Made by a program: the position numbers and the translations under genes. This document shows, one piece after another, positions 17,142 through 26,099 of a stretch of DNA of 64,000 nucleotides; the first letter of the stretch is position 1, and each line of letters begins with the position of its first letter. The stretch lies in the IMG/VR virus record IMGVR_UViG_3300012038_000181, positions 1-64,000 of that record; one strand, 5' to 3'. The notes beneath the pieces are model-generated. The model searched no databases. It was given only the letters and a program-made list of their open reading frames with translations, and was not told the origin of the DNA. The DNA is from a virus. Lineage: Duplodnaviria > Caudoviricetes.

Positions 17142-19688
17142 ATGAGAAGTTTCTTTGCGCTAACCATTCTCCTGCTCGTTAGTACGGCTGCTTACGGACA
17201 TGGAGTAAGGAAGTCTCCTCCCGTAGTCTTTGCCTGCACGGGTTCGTCACCTGCGCTTTCCGCGCCCGACACGGGCAATGCAGTTACCAACGGAGCGAAC
17301 TTCCAACTGTGTATCAACGCCGCAGTTTTAGGTGATACGATCACACTTACCGCAGGAGCTACTTACAACAGCCCGACAGCAGCAGAAGGATTCAGGTTTC
17401 CCAACAAGGGCGCAGGCAGCACGTACATCAACATCGTTTCTTCCAATCCCGCGTCTAGACCCACTGACCTTTCTACCTATCCCTCGCTTGATCCGGCCAC
17501 AGGCTATCCGCGTCGTGTGACCACAGCAGAAGCAGTAGGGATGCCTAAGCTAGTAGGCACAGATGAAGGTTATCCTGCTCTGTTCTTTAATCTGAGTTCG
17601 CATCACTACAACTTGGTTGGCTTAGAAGTAACCAACGCAACAGGGATTCAGTACCAAGTAGGTTTGATTAGAACCGGAGGCGGTGGGCAGGAATCCGTCT
17701 TTTCTGATTTCTCTCATCATTTAATCTTCGATTATCTGTATGTCCATCCGTGGGAGAACGCGAGTCCGACCGAAGACTATGAATACGGTTCAGTAGAAAA
17801 AGCGTTTCTGCTTAATGGTTATGACTTCACAATCACCCATTGTGCAGTTCAAGGATTCACAGGTTATAGCGAGTCAAATCACGCTCTGCGACTCGACACT
17901 AACGCAATCCTAATCGGCTCAGGTACAGGTGATATTCTGATTCAAAACAACCTGTTGGAGTCGATGGCGAATAACATCTTCACAGGTGGTTCGGGAGGCA
18001 TGATTAACCCCACCCACGCCACCACGATTACCGGAGCGGTCATCACTCAAGCAGGAGGCTCTTTTACTACTACGTTAGCGAGTACCACCGACTTAGAAGT
18101 GGGTGATTTCTTTGCTATCTACAACGAGAATATCAACGGACGGGGAAATTGTAATCCGGCTTATCAGGGTGGAATTGTGGGCTGTATCTCACCTCCCTCC
18201 AACGCAAAGATTACAGCAATTAATCACGGCACCGGAGTAGTTACTGCTTCTGGTGGTCTAAGAATGAACTTAGGCTACCGCAAGAACTACATCAACATCT
18301 TCAATTCGTCGGGTAGCTATCCAGCGGGCATGAGTGGCACCTTTACTCTGACGTGGGAAGGACAAACCACAGGCCCGATTACTTACTCATCGACCAAAGC
18401 AACGCTGATGTCGAACATCTCGACCGCGCTCATTGCGCTCTCGAATGTTGACGCGGCAGACTTTCAGATGGTGGACGATCCCGATTGGGGTGTCTATGTA
18501 AACTTTGGTGAGTATTCAGCCATCGTCGGAGCTACTTGTCCTTCGGTAGATCAGTTCTGTGGAGACACTTGGGCCTATCCCGCAACCATGACGGAGATGA
18601 CTGGTAACGGCGCAGGGCTAACGGGTGGTACTTCCCCGACGCTGTACGTTCACTGGAAAGGTCAAGAGTACGGTAGCGGGCTACGCACTGAGGCAGGAGA
18701 CGAGCCGGACAATGGTTCAGAAGCATGGTGGGAAGGTTATGGGCTGAATAACATTCAGATGAAGCAGAACATCATTGCCAAGTACGATGCTTGGTATCAG
18801 TGGCAGGGAGCGCAGAAAGGGTATCTAGAGTTCAAAGCCGGAACTAACATGCTACTGGATGGGAACCTGTTCTTCTGGGACGGAGATGATGAACCGCAAG
18901 GGCCGGGCGCGTTAGTTCTAACTCCTCATCAGGACGGCGGCTGTACGTGGTGCGTGATCACCGATTTGACTGTCTCGAATAATTGGTTTCAAACAGGTGG
19001 GTTTGCAGGGATGCAGTTGCAGGACGCGATTTGGTGGGGGCCAATTTCAGAGAATATTATCTTCACTAATAATCTACAGACCGCACCCCAAACAGGTTCA
19101 CAGCCAGAGTTTGCTTCGGCTATGTCATCGGGTTACATGACGATGACTCACAATACTTTTCTGTTGGGTAACACAAGATTCATTCAAGGCTATAGCGCGA
19201 TGGACGGGGATAGTGGTTCGGCTACGAACATCATCAGAGACAACATTGTGCGAGCGGGTACAGGGCTGTACTGCTTAATACCGTTACCTGCTCCTGGTCA
19301 AGCCGATGACTGTTGGCCTGGTTCAACTAGTGAGAACAGGCAGAACTTACTCATAGACGATCAAGGATGGATTGGGCCATTTAGCAATCCGTTTGCAGAG
19401 TATTGGACGCAATGGGCTGACTTCTGGCCCACGCAGTTCTACAACAACTCGATTAGCAATATTAAGTTTGTGAACGCTCCCGCAACCTTCGGAACGAAGT
19501 ATGGTAACTACCGACTACAAGCCGATAGTCCCTATCACAACGCAGCGAGTGACGGAACAGATGTAGGAGTAGACTTCGATGCAATGGCGGTAGCTGCGGG
19601 TGTTAATTGGTTTCCCACATCAGCGTCGCTTGGTAGCGTAGGGGTTTCGGGCAAAGTTTCCGTTGGGGGGCGCGTCATCATCAAGTGA
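17142..19688 (+). CDS. Secreted right-handed beta-helix (polysaccharide lyase/hydrolase-like) protein
   Basis: MRSFFALTILLLVSTAAYG signal; GDTITLTAGATY cap; N-ladder repeats; C-term NYRLQADSPYHNAASDGTDVG. Confidence 0.72.
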   Translation: MRSFFALTILLLVSTAAYGHGVRKSPPVVFACTGSSPALSAPDTGNAVTNGANFQLCINAAVLGDTITLTAGATYNSPTAAEGFRFPNKGAGSTYINIVSSNPASRPTDLSTYPSLDPATGYPRRVTTAEAVGMPKLVGTDEGYPALFFNLSSHHYNLVGLEVTNATGIQYQVGLIRTGGGGQESVFSDFSHHLIFDYLYVHPWENASPTEDYEYGSVEKAFLLNGYDFTITHCAVQGFTGYSESNHALRLDTNAILIGSGTGDILIQNNLLESMANNIFTGGSGGMINPTHATTITGAVITQAGGSFTTTLASTTDLEVGDFFAIYNENINGRGNCNPAYQGGIVGCISPPSNAKITAINHGTGVVTASGGLRMNLGYRKNYINIFNSSGSYPAGMSGTFTLTWEGQTTGPITYSSTKATLMSNISTALIALSNVDAADFQMVDDPDWGVYVNFGEYSAIVGATCPSVDQFCGDTWAYPATMTEMTGNGAGLTGGTSPTLYVHWKGQEYGSGLRTEAGDEPDNGSEAWWEGYGLNNIQMKQNIIAKYDAWYQWQGAQKGYLEFKAGTNMLLDGNLFFWDGDDEPQGPGALVLTPHQDGGCTWCVITDLTVSNNWFQTGGFAGMQLQDAIWWGPISENIIFTNNLQTAPQTGSQPEFASAMSSGYMTMTHNTFLLGNTRFIQGYSAMDGDSGSATNIIRDNIVRAGTGLYCLIPLPAPGQADDCWPGSTSENRQNLLIDDQGWIGPFSNPFAEYWTQWADFWPTQFYNNSISNIKFVNAPATFGTKYGNYRLQADSPYHNAASDGTDVGVDFDAMAVAAGVNWFPTSASLGSVGVSGKVSVGGRVIIK

Positions 19689-19739
19689 CGATTAATTTCC
19701 GCATCTACTCGTTTCATATCTGAATCAAAGGTTGGCATC

Positions 19740-20261
19740 TTAGGTGTCCTTTCGGAGAGTTTCTAGTTGGGCCTCAAACTCAGGCACTAAGTTTTGCAGT
19801 TCAAGACGCGTGTATTTGTGGCCCTTCGCCCAATCTCGATAGAGTTCATCAAACGCATCTACTCCAAACTTCTTTACAAACCACAGATGGTAAGACGCGG
19901 CAGCGGTCATAGCCGCTTTGTAGTTGCAGGGCCAACATTGTCGAAAGACGTTTCGCAAGTCCCATCGGGTAGCGTAGGAGCGTCGAGATAGAACATGGCC
20001 CGTGGTTGGCTTCTCTACCGAACCGCACTCAACGCACCTTTCGTACATCACGAGCATGATTTGGAAGACTAACCCGTCAATCGTCTTAATTAGCTTCTTC
20101 CGAGTGGTAACTTTGCTGCGTTTTGAGGCTCTTTTGCGCGACGTTGACGCTGGAGACGTTTTTCTGAGAGGGGCAGACCGTTTGATTGCACTTCTTGGCT
20201 TGGAAGGCTTAGAACGAGCCTTCAAAAGTGCTTCTTCGTAATTTTGTGGCTGAAGGCTCAT
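19740..20261 (-). CDS. NinG/Rap-like recombination endonuclease
   Basis: CVECG..GHVLSR..TRWDLRNVFRQCWPCN; basic N-terminus. Confidence 0.75.
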   Translation of the reverse strand: MSLQPQNYEEALLKARSKPSKPRSAIKRSAPLRKTSPASTSRKRASKRSKVTTRKKLIKTIDGLVFQIMLVMYERCVECGSVEKPTTGHVLSRRSYATRWDLRNVFRQCWPCNYKAAMTAAASYHLWFVKKFGVDAFDELYRDWAKGHKYTRLELQNLVPEFEAQLETLRKDT

Positions 20262-20458
20262 TAGTCGATCCGTTTCCAAGTAAGAATAACTATCTTGCGG
20301 GGCAACAGTTCTTTTTCAAGACGCTTGATTGTTCTCTCAATGGCTTCTTGATTATTCAATGGTGATGTTAGGGTAGAAAAAGCAAAGCCGCCCGATGGAA
20401 TCTCTTGGGGGCCAAAGATTAGATAGGGAATGTAGTACCGATACGTCTCATCTGCCAC
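20261..20458 (-). CDS. Hypothetical protein
   Basis: GTG start after GGAAGGAG; stop overlaps the next ATG. Confidence 0.5.
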   Translation of the reverse strand: MADETYRYYIPYLIFGPQEIPSGGFAFSTLTSPLNNQEAIERTIKRLEKELLPRKIVILTWKRID

Positions 20459-20459
20459 G

Positions 20460-20817
20460 CTAAACTCTCCTTCCATTAGGTAAGCGAGCATCACCTTGAA
20501 TCAACTCTAAGGCTGCTACTGCTCCTGCGTCTTCAAGTTCAATTACTGTTATATCAAGTACGGTGGCGATGTGGTGCTCCAACGATGCGCCCTTGGATTT
20601 CTCCCATCCATCCAACATGCAGATGTGGTCACACTCCACTAGACCGAGAATATCCTTCACCATCGCATTGCGATAGGTCTCGCTGACATCGTTCAACTCA
20701 GCGGGGCTAACCACCTCAAACCCCTTCTCGCGCAATTTCTCAGCGGCAGAATGAAAAGCGGGATAATTTCAAATCGGGATAACCCGTCATTGGGCCTGCG
20801 AGATAGACACGCGCCAT
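20460..20817 (-). pseudogene. DUF4406 (nucleoside deoxyribosyltransferase-like) gene with a +1 frameshift
   Basis: MARVYLAGPMTGYPDL then one extra A before (N)YPAFH..GFEVVSPAE..ECDHICMLDGWEKSKGASLE. Confidence 0.75.
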
Positions 20818-20915
20818 TTTAGTTGACTCCTTTGCGTAGGTAGTTCTGAGGTCTGATGGTGAAGTAGTTCATGGATTCCTTCTTTGAAGGGTGAGTGGGG
20901 CAACTCACCTTCGGG

Positions 20916-21155
20916 TTAGTGATTCACGTAACAGCCGACTTGATTCATGCAACTGCGATACTCCTGCACTTCGTAGTAGTGGCAGTAATCAAAACCGTGT
21001 TCAACGCGACAGATCGCAAAGTTGATCTCCGCTACTGCGTTACAAGCCGTGTGCTGTGTCTCACAGAAGTTATCCGCTGCGACGGGTGCAGGGGCTAAAG
21101 AGGTAGCGATAAAAGCTACTACCAAGAGCGTGAAGATTAAGAGTGGTCGTTTCAT
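20916..21155 (-). CDS. Small secreted six-cysteine protein
   Basis: Signal peptide MKRPLLIFTLLVVAFIATSLA; 6 Cys in the mature part; RBS AAAGG. Confidence 0.7.
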   Translation of the reverse strand: MKRPLLIFTLLVVAFIATSLAPAPVAADNFCETQHTACNAVAEINFAICRVEHGFDYCHYYEVQEYRSCMNQVGCYVNH

Positions 21156-21188
21156 TTAGTTACCTTTCTGTGTTTGAATAAAGCCGTG

Positions 21189-21401
21189 TTACGCGGTTCG
21201 TTCAATGTAGTATTGCGCAAATCTCTCGTTGCGCTTCTCAACCATGCGCGTCTGAATCGGCCAACCTTCTTGTCGGAGCGAAAAAACAGCTCCTCCGACA
21301 TTCCACAGACGGAATTTCTTGAGGCAGTCTTGCTTGCTGAGATAGTCACCCGAAAGTAAGGCTTGGAGCAACTTGCGTCTTTTAGCTACTTTATCGCTCA
21401 T
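21189..21401 (-). CDS. Winged-helix DNA-binding protein
   Basis: LLQALLSG..LS..FRLWNVGGAVFSLRQEGWPI. Confidence 0.6.
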   Translation of the reverse strand: MSDKVAKRRKLLQALLSGDYLSKQDCLKKFRLWNVGGAVFSLRQEGWPIQTRMVEKRNERFAQYYIERTA

Positions 21402-21580
21402 CGTGTTTTCCTTCCCGATTTTGTGCAGCGTCGTTTCATTTGGTCTATTTGCGCCCGTGAGAACAGCGGTACGCGCCCCACGGTACGCACGGGGCCGAGC
21501 TTCAACTTCTTAATCACACGGCGCACTTGGCGCGTGCTTAATCGCAGCTCGTCAGCAATGTCCTTAATCTCAATCATCAT
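21398..21580 (-). CDS. Excisionase-like HTH DNA-binding protein
   Basis: IKDIADELRLSTRQVRRVIK..RTVGRVPLFS. Confidence 0.65.
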   Translation of the reverse strand: MMIEIKDIADELRLSTRQVRRVIKKLKLGPVRTVGRVPLFSRAQIDQMKRRCTKSGRKTR

Positions 21581-21669
21581 GGCGATTGTCCTCTCAAGTG
21601 GACTTAAAGTCAACTCCTAAATCAAATAATTTGCGTTAAATTTTGATCTTACGGTAGAATGTGGGGGTT

Positions 21670-21706
21670 AAAAGCAAAGCGGCCAAGAAGATGAATTCTT
21701 GACCGC
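21670..21706 (-). terminator. Intrinsic terminator
   Basis: GCGGTCAAGAA-6nt-TTCTTGGCCGC stem followed by TTTGCTTTT on the - strand. Confidence 0.7.
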
Positions 21707-22292
21707 AGTTTCGCCGGATATGCTTACGGCGTGTGGAACGTATGAATCAATCTTACCATACAACCCCAGCAGTCACGCAAGGTTTCTCCACGGCTAATGA
21801 ACTCCTAGAGTCTAGCTCTGAAAATCAAGCCGCGCTCAAAGGCGATGAGCGGTCTAATCTGACCATCGAAGGGTGGTCACGTACTGCAATACAAACTGAC
21901 TTTCTTGGGAAGAAAAACCAAGTTTTCCCTCGCAACGGGCGAGTAGTATATCTCGCTACGCGGACGTGCAGCCGCGTATTCACGGGTTTACGTCGAGGTA
22001 GAGACACGTGGTGCTGCCCCTCTGTGGCAGATTGTGTGTAAAAAAGTCAGAGAGTAATAGCGCGGTCTTAGACGCTAAACAACTTTCAAAGAGCATATCC
22101 AATTACGCAAGACTATCGCTTCCAAGTGGTGCTCTATCTATTACTACACACCACCAACGGAAGGAAAACCCGTTCTCTGCTTAGATTCAAAGATTAAACG
22201 GAAGGGGCGATCAATCGGCCTTGTCAAGAGAGCCTTGGGATACCCCTTCCGTCGATGACCGCCCTTCCCCAAAGGTCGGTCAAAGGTCAATT

Positions 22293-22493
22293 TTACTTCT
22301 TTCCGATGAGGTAGTGCGGATCGCTTTTATGAAGCACGTCATCCACGCACAGCATTGGCTTAACATCCTTTTCGTGCTGATTGACCAAGTGCTGAGTTGG
22401 CCCTAATTTGCTCTCAGCGACCTTCTGACGGGCAATGTCGCGGGCATGGGGCTTCTCACTATCTACGACTCTTAATCTTAGTTTAGCGGGCAT
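22293..22493 (-). CDS. Hypothetical protein
   Basis: RBS GGAGG; in a tightly packed - operon. Confidence 0.55.
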   Translation of the reverse strand: MPAKLRLRVVDSEKPHARDIARQKVAESKLGPTQHLVNQHEKDVKPMLCVDDVLHKSDPHYLIGKK

Positions 22494-22496
22494 TAT

Positions 22497-22718
22497 TTAC
22501 CTCCAAGCTAGTCCAATGAGAAATCCAAGCATCCCCCCAAGCAGGGAGATAAGCACCAGAACCAAGGCATACAACCAAGTGGGAATCTCACGGGGGCCAT
22601 AAACCGTCAACATGTCCCCATTCTTTAGGTTAGGCGGTACGCGATCTACAGTGAGCACCACCTGGGCATGGGGTTTCATTACATAATCAAGTACTTGGAA
22701 ACGTGGTTTAGCAGTCAT
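22497..22718 (-). CDS. Small membrane protein
   Basis: C-terminal hydrophobic helix; RBS GGAG. Confidence 0.6.
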   Translation of the reverse strand: MTAKPRFQVLDYVMKPHAQVVLTVDRVPPNLKNGDMLTVYGPREIPTWLYALVLVLISLLGGMLGFLIGLAWR

Positions 22719-23206
22719 TATTCGCTCTCCTTTAGTTTTAGAGCAGTGCGGGCGTCCGCTAAAGCTCCCCGATCAACCTGCATCAACACGTAGCGCATTC
22801 GTGGATCATCAAACTCAACTCCTGAGTTCACGATTTCTTGTAACGCCTCCGCTATCTCTGCTCCCCTTTGTAGTCCAGCAGCGTAGCCCTCTGCTCGTTC
22901 GTCTACTGGCCCACTGGCTGAGTCAGTAGCAGGAGCGGCGATGATTCCTAATACATCGTGTTGCTTCAATCCATCAGCGACAGCGTTTACCTCATCGGCA
23001 GATGCGTTCTCAGGCAACAAACCCTTTGCCTCTCTCACATAGTTGTCGTCAGCAGGAGCGGGTGTAGTGGCGATTATGATTGCTGGTGGTTGTGCTGACT
23101 TCGCAATGAACGCTTGGGCATGTTTGATGCCTTCCGCAAATCCTTCCTTGTATCCCGCATCATAGTCAGCGTTGAACATCGGACGTATCGAAGTGGTAAG
23201 GCTCAT
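22718..23206 (-). CDS. Mosaic accessory protein (Ead/Ea22-like region)
   Basis: Coupled start/stop overlaps; shares AGLQRxAEIAE with the neighbour. Confidence 0.55.
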   Translation of the reverse strand: MSLTTSIRPMFNADYDAGYKEGFAEGIKHAQAFIAKSAQPPAIIIATTPAPADDNYVREAKGLLPENASADEVNAVADGLKQHDVLGIIAAPATDSASGPVDERAEGYAAGLQRGAEIAEALQEIVNSGVEFDDPRMRYVLMQVDRGALADARTALKLKESE

Positions 23207-23752
23207 TTGATTTCCTTCCTAATCGCCTCCATGATCTTCTCTGCCGCGTTTGACGCGCCCCTGTCGGCATCATCGTTCGTGTAATGCTCCCGAACTTCTG
23301 CCGCGACCTTAAACGACTCCGCTATCTCTGCTGCTCTTTGTAGTCCAGCGGAATGACCGATACCAAGCGCATTAGTGATGGCGGTTTCCGTGGCATCATT
23401 CTCAGCACGTAGACGGCGTATCTCTGCTATTAGAGTGTCCCGTTCGTTGACCGCTTTGACGATGAGTGCGGCGTTAGCTTCGTTCTCGTCGGAAGTGCAT
23501 TGCGGCCATCCTCCCTCAATCTGAGCGATGCTTTCACCTGTCGGCGTAACACTGACATCCTTTGGGTGATCCAACATCGCGCCCCCGTAATCATAGATGG
23601 CCCACGGACGTGGAGACGCCCCTTCAATAGCTTCTAGGTCTAGTTGAGTCTCTACTACTGAGGGAGCGGGAGTGTTGAAGCCGCATATTCGGCGTGGGCC
23701 TGACTCGAAACAATCGGCGGTATGCTTGGTGCGCTACTGAGTTATCTGACAT
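23203..23752 (-). CDS. Ead/Ea22-like accessory protein, 5' end apparently frameshifted
   Basis: Frame of 23203-23577 extends upstream through LEAIEGASPRPW but has no start; ATG at 23752 is one base out of frame. Confidence 0.45.
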
Positions 23753-23881
23753 CTAGTCGCAAAGTCCTTTCCCAATAGTGAGTCCGACTAATATCCCGCA
23801 TCCGGTCCAAATGAACCAAAGAAAAATGAACAGCGGAATTGCAATGGATTTGTTAGTTGATACAGGTTTGTTATCTGACAT
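23753..23881 (-). CDS. 42-aa single-pass membrane protein
   Basis: MSDNKPVSTNKSIAIPLFIFLWFIWTGCGILVGLTIGKGLCD; abuts the next ATG. Confidence 0.55.
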   Translation of the reverse strand: MSDNKPVSTNKSIAIPLFIFLWFIWTGCGILVGLTIGKGLCD

Positions 23882-24068
23882 TAGTTGGACTCCTTAAATC
23901 CGCTTTGCAATGACGGCAGTTCGTCGGGTATTCCTTCCGAGTAAAGCCGTGTTCGCTCCTGAACTCCGGTACGTTTATCGATCCGCATTCCTTACACACG
24001 ATGCAGTCTAAGACCGGAGTTGGCGCAAAGCGTCCGTTGGCGCGGCGTGGGATAAGTTGCCTGCCCAC
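23871..24068 (-). CDS. Small Zn-ribbon protein
   Basis: CKEC..CRHC. Confidence 0.6.
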   Translation of the reverse strand: MGRQLIPRRANGRFAPTPVLDCIVCKECGSINVPEFRSEHGFTRKEYPTNCRHCKADLRSPTNVR

Positions 24069-24072
24069 CTAG

Positions 24073-25032
24073 TTACTCCTTCTCTGCTGTACGAGCAGCG
24101 GCCAATCTGCGAATCATCACCAACAACGCAGGCTCGAATCCGCTTACATATCCATCGTGCAAGTTGAGTTGCGCCTGAACGCCATCAGCCAACGCTATCG
24201 CTTCGCGGGCTAAGTCATCTTCGCTAACGCTGCTGGTAGTGGTAGGCCGTATTCGGTGGATCGGGTTCTGACAGTTACAGTAATCGCGCACACCACTACC
24301 GCCTTCGCTACATCCATACATCCGCGCTGCCTTACTTTGATCGTCGTGGCCGCAGTCTGGACACTTGCTGCTGGCTGAGTCAGCGGGAGCAGTCTTTAAT
24401 CGGTTAGCGGCGTGGTCTGCGGCGTCCTCAGACTCGTAGCGGGCGTGTACTTCCCACGTCTCACCGCCTATGTGTTCAACGATCAACTGCGTAGGCTTGT
24501 CAGCGGGAGCGGCTGCTAGGTGCTTGGAGAGCAACGGTTCAATTCGATTCGTTGCGGCGTTCTTACTCCATCCTCCAAGAAAATCGTCCATGTTGTAGAG
24601 AATCAACCGCGTAGCTTCGTGCCCTGCCCCGTTGGTAAACAACTCGGTGGCAATTTCCTCTGCCAATGCTCTAGCGTCTACTGTAGTTGCTGGTACAGGG
24701 GCGGCGGGGTGGACTTCTTCGTAGTGCGTGCCTCTGTCGATGTATTGCGCTCCGCATCTATGTTGAGTCTCGATCCACGCTCGGCATCTTTCGCACCAAA
24801 GCCAATTAAGTAAATGGTGGGCCTCTCTCCCAATCAACTCACCTGGGGGAGAGACGCGGGCTTCGATTCCCCAATGGTTAGCGAACGCCTTGCTGACGCA
24901 CTCTTGGCAGTACATAAGGTCTTCAGTGACGTTGAGGACTTCATCTGTCTTGCCGCAACCCGTACAGGCATCAGTCCCGATGTAGTTTGCGATGGTCATT
25001 TCGTCCGGTGCTGGTTGGTTATCTGTAGTCAT
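24073..25032 (-). CDS. Mosaic accessory protein with several Zn-finger motifs
   Basis: ATG at 25032 after AAGAAAGG; CTGC..CQEC, CERC, CPDC motifs. Confidence 0.6.
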   Translation of the reverse strand: MTTDNQPAPDEMTIANYIGTDACTGCGKTDEVLNVTEDLMYCQECVSKAFANHWGIEARVSPPGELIGREAHHLLNWLWCERCRAWIETQHRCGAQYIDRGTHYEEVHPAAPVPATTVDARALAEEIATELFTNGAGHEATRLILYNMDDFLGGWSKNAATNRIEPLLSKHLAAAPADKPTQLIVEHIGGETWEVHARYESEDAADHAANRLKTAPADSASSKCPDCGHDDQSKAARMYGCSEGGSGVRDYCNCQNPIHRIRPTTTSSVSEDDLAREAIALADGVQAQLNLHDGYVSGFEPALLVMIRRLAAARTAEKE

Positions 25033-25336
25033 GGTTGCCTTTCTTGGAACACTCGAATGAATGCTCGGTTCCGTGGTTATCTCGAAGGGTGCATTGATGA
25101 TCTCTTTCCATGTTACGCTCGCAGCCGCCGCATCCAGCGATACATCGCTTGGGTTTAGGGTCATGTGCCTTTAGAAACTTCTGCAACTTCACGGTTACTA
25201 ACTCACTGTGCCTTAACGCTCCCCTCGCTATAGCGAGAACGCGATCATCGTTTAAGGAAGCAACCGCGTCGCTAATGAAGGCGTAACCCTGATCGCTCTC
25301 GACAAGTTTGAATAATTGATGGCCCAACTTCCCCAT
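25019..25336 (-). CDS. Hypothetical Cys/His-rich protein
   Basis: CIAGCGGC..HQC..H..H..C; stop overlaps the downstream start. Confidence 0.5.
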   Translation of the reverse strand: MGKLGHQLFKLVESDQGYAFISDAVASLNDDRVLAIARGALRHSELVTVKLQKFLKAHDPKPKRCIAGCGGCERNMERDHQCTLRDNHGTEHSFECSKKGNHDYR

Positions 25337-25603
25337 CTACTTCCCTTCCTTTCCTGCTGCTGCGGTTTCAAACAATTTGATTAACCGTAAGGTGTCAATA
25401 TTCCCATCCCAACAATCAGCAAGTTGACGATCAGTAATCTCAATCGCTTCTTTCCACACCTTTGCTCGCTCTGCTGCTAGAGCGGTGGCAATCGCGGTGA
25501 TTAAGGTATCGTCGTCGCTTTCCCAATCGTCACGTTGCTTTACGACAATCCCTTTTGCGACTGCTCTATCTTCATCGTTAGGTACTGCATTGATGTCTGT
25601 CAT
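25337..25603 (-). CDS. Hypothetical protein
   Basis: RBS AAGGAG; coupled overlaps. Confidence 0.55.
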   Translation of the reverse strand: MTDINAVPNDEDRAVAKGIVVKQRDDWESDDDTLITAIATALAAERAKVWKEAIEITDRQLADCWDGNIDTLRLIKLFETAAAGKEGK

Positions 25604-25860
25604 TGAGACTCCTTCGTCTTTCGTTCCCACGTAGTCCAGCGCCCGCGAGACTGAGCGCATATTTGATTACGAGCATGATAACCATCTGATTCCATCCATC
25701 CGGCGAACACGTCCCACGGCTTATCGCCCTTCTGAATTGTGTCGCCTTCGTCAATAAGGGAGTACCCGTTTTCGGGGGTGATCGGATCGCCGTAACAGTC
25801 TCGACCGTAGCGCGGTTGGGCCATCAACTCGAACCGATCAAACTCATCTAGCGTTCTCAT
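25600..25860 (-). CDS. Hypothetical protein
   Basis: RBS GGAGAGG; coupled overlaps. Confidence 0.55.
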   Translation of the reverse strand: MRTLDEFDRFELMAQPRYGRDCYGDPITPENGYSLIDEGDTIQKGDKPWDVFAGWMESDGYHARNQICAQSRGRWTTWERKTKESQ

Positions 25861-26069
25861 TCCCTCTCCTTCGGCTCCCAATAGAGTTCCAGCCAATCGT
25901 AAAAGCGTGGCAGTGCGGAATCATCGTGGAACGGATCAAACGCGGTCCCTCGAATCTTCTCCGCTAAACTAGGCCGTTCCATTTCCAGCGTGTTAAATGC
26001 GGTCTGTCCTAGACGCCATTGTTTAGGGCACATCTCACTAACTAACTGCTTAAAGTGCTCAAGTGTCAT
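25857..26069 (-). CDS. Hypothetical phage protein
   Basis: WRLGQTAFN..GTAFDPFHDD; RBS GGAGAGG. Confidence 0.6.
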   Translation of the reverse strand: MTLEHFKQLVSEMCPKQWRLGQTAFNTLEMERPSLAEKIRGTAFDPFHDDSALPRFYDWLELYWEPKERE

Positions 26070-26099
26070 TCCCTCTCCTTCGGCCTGTAGAGTTCAGCC

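Noticed and set aside
21733-22041. 102-aa + strand ORF
   Set aside because: Opposes the local operon direction, overlaps promoter sequence, has no RBS or motif; left unannotated
24073-25164. Track start at 25164 for the Zn-finger mosaic gene
   Set aside because: Overlaps a better ORF (25019-25336); ATG 25032 has an RBS and coupled overlap
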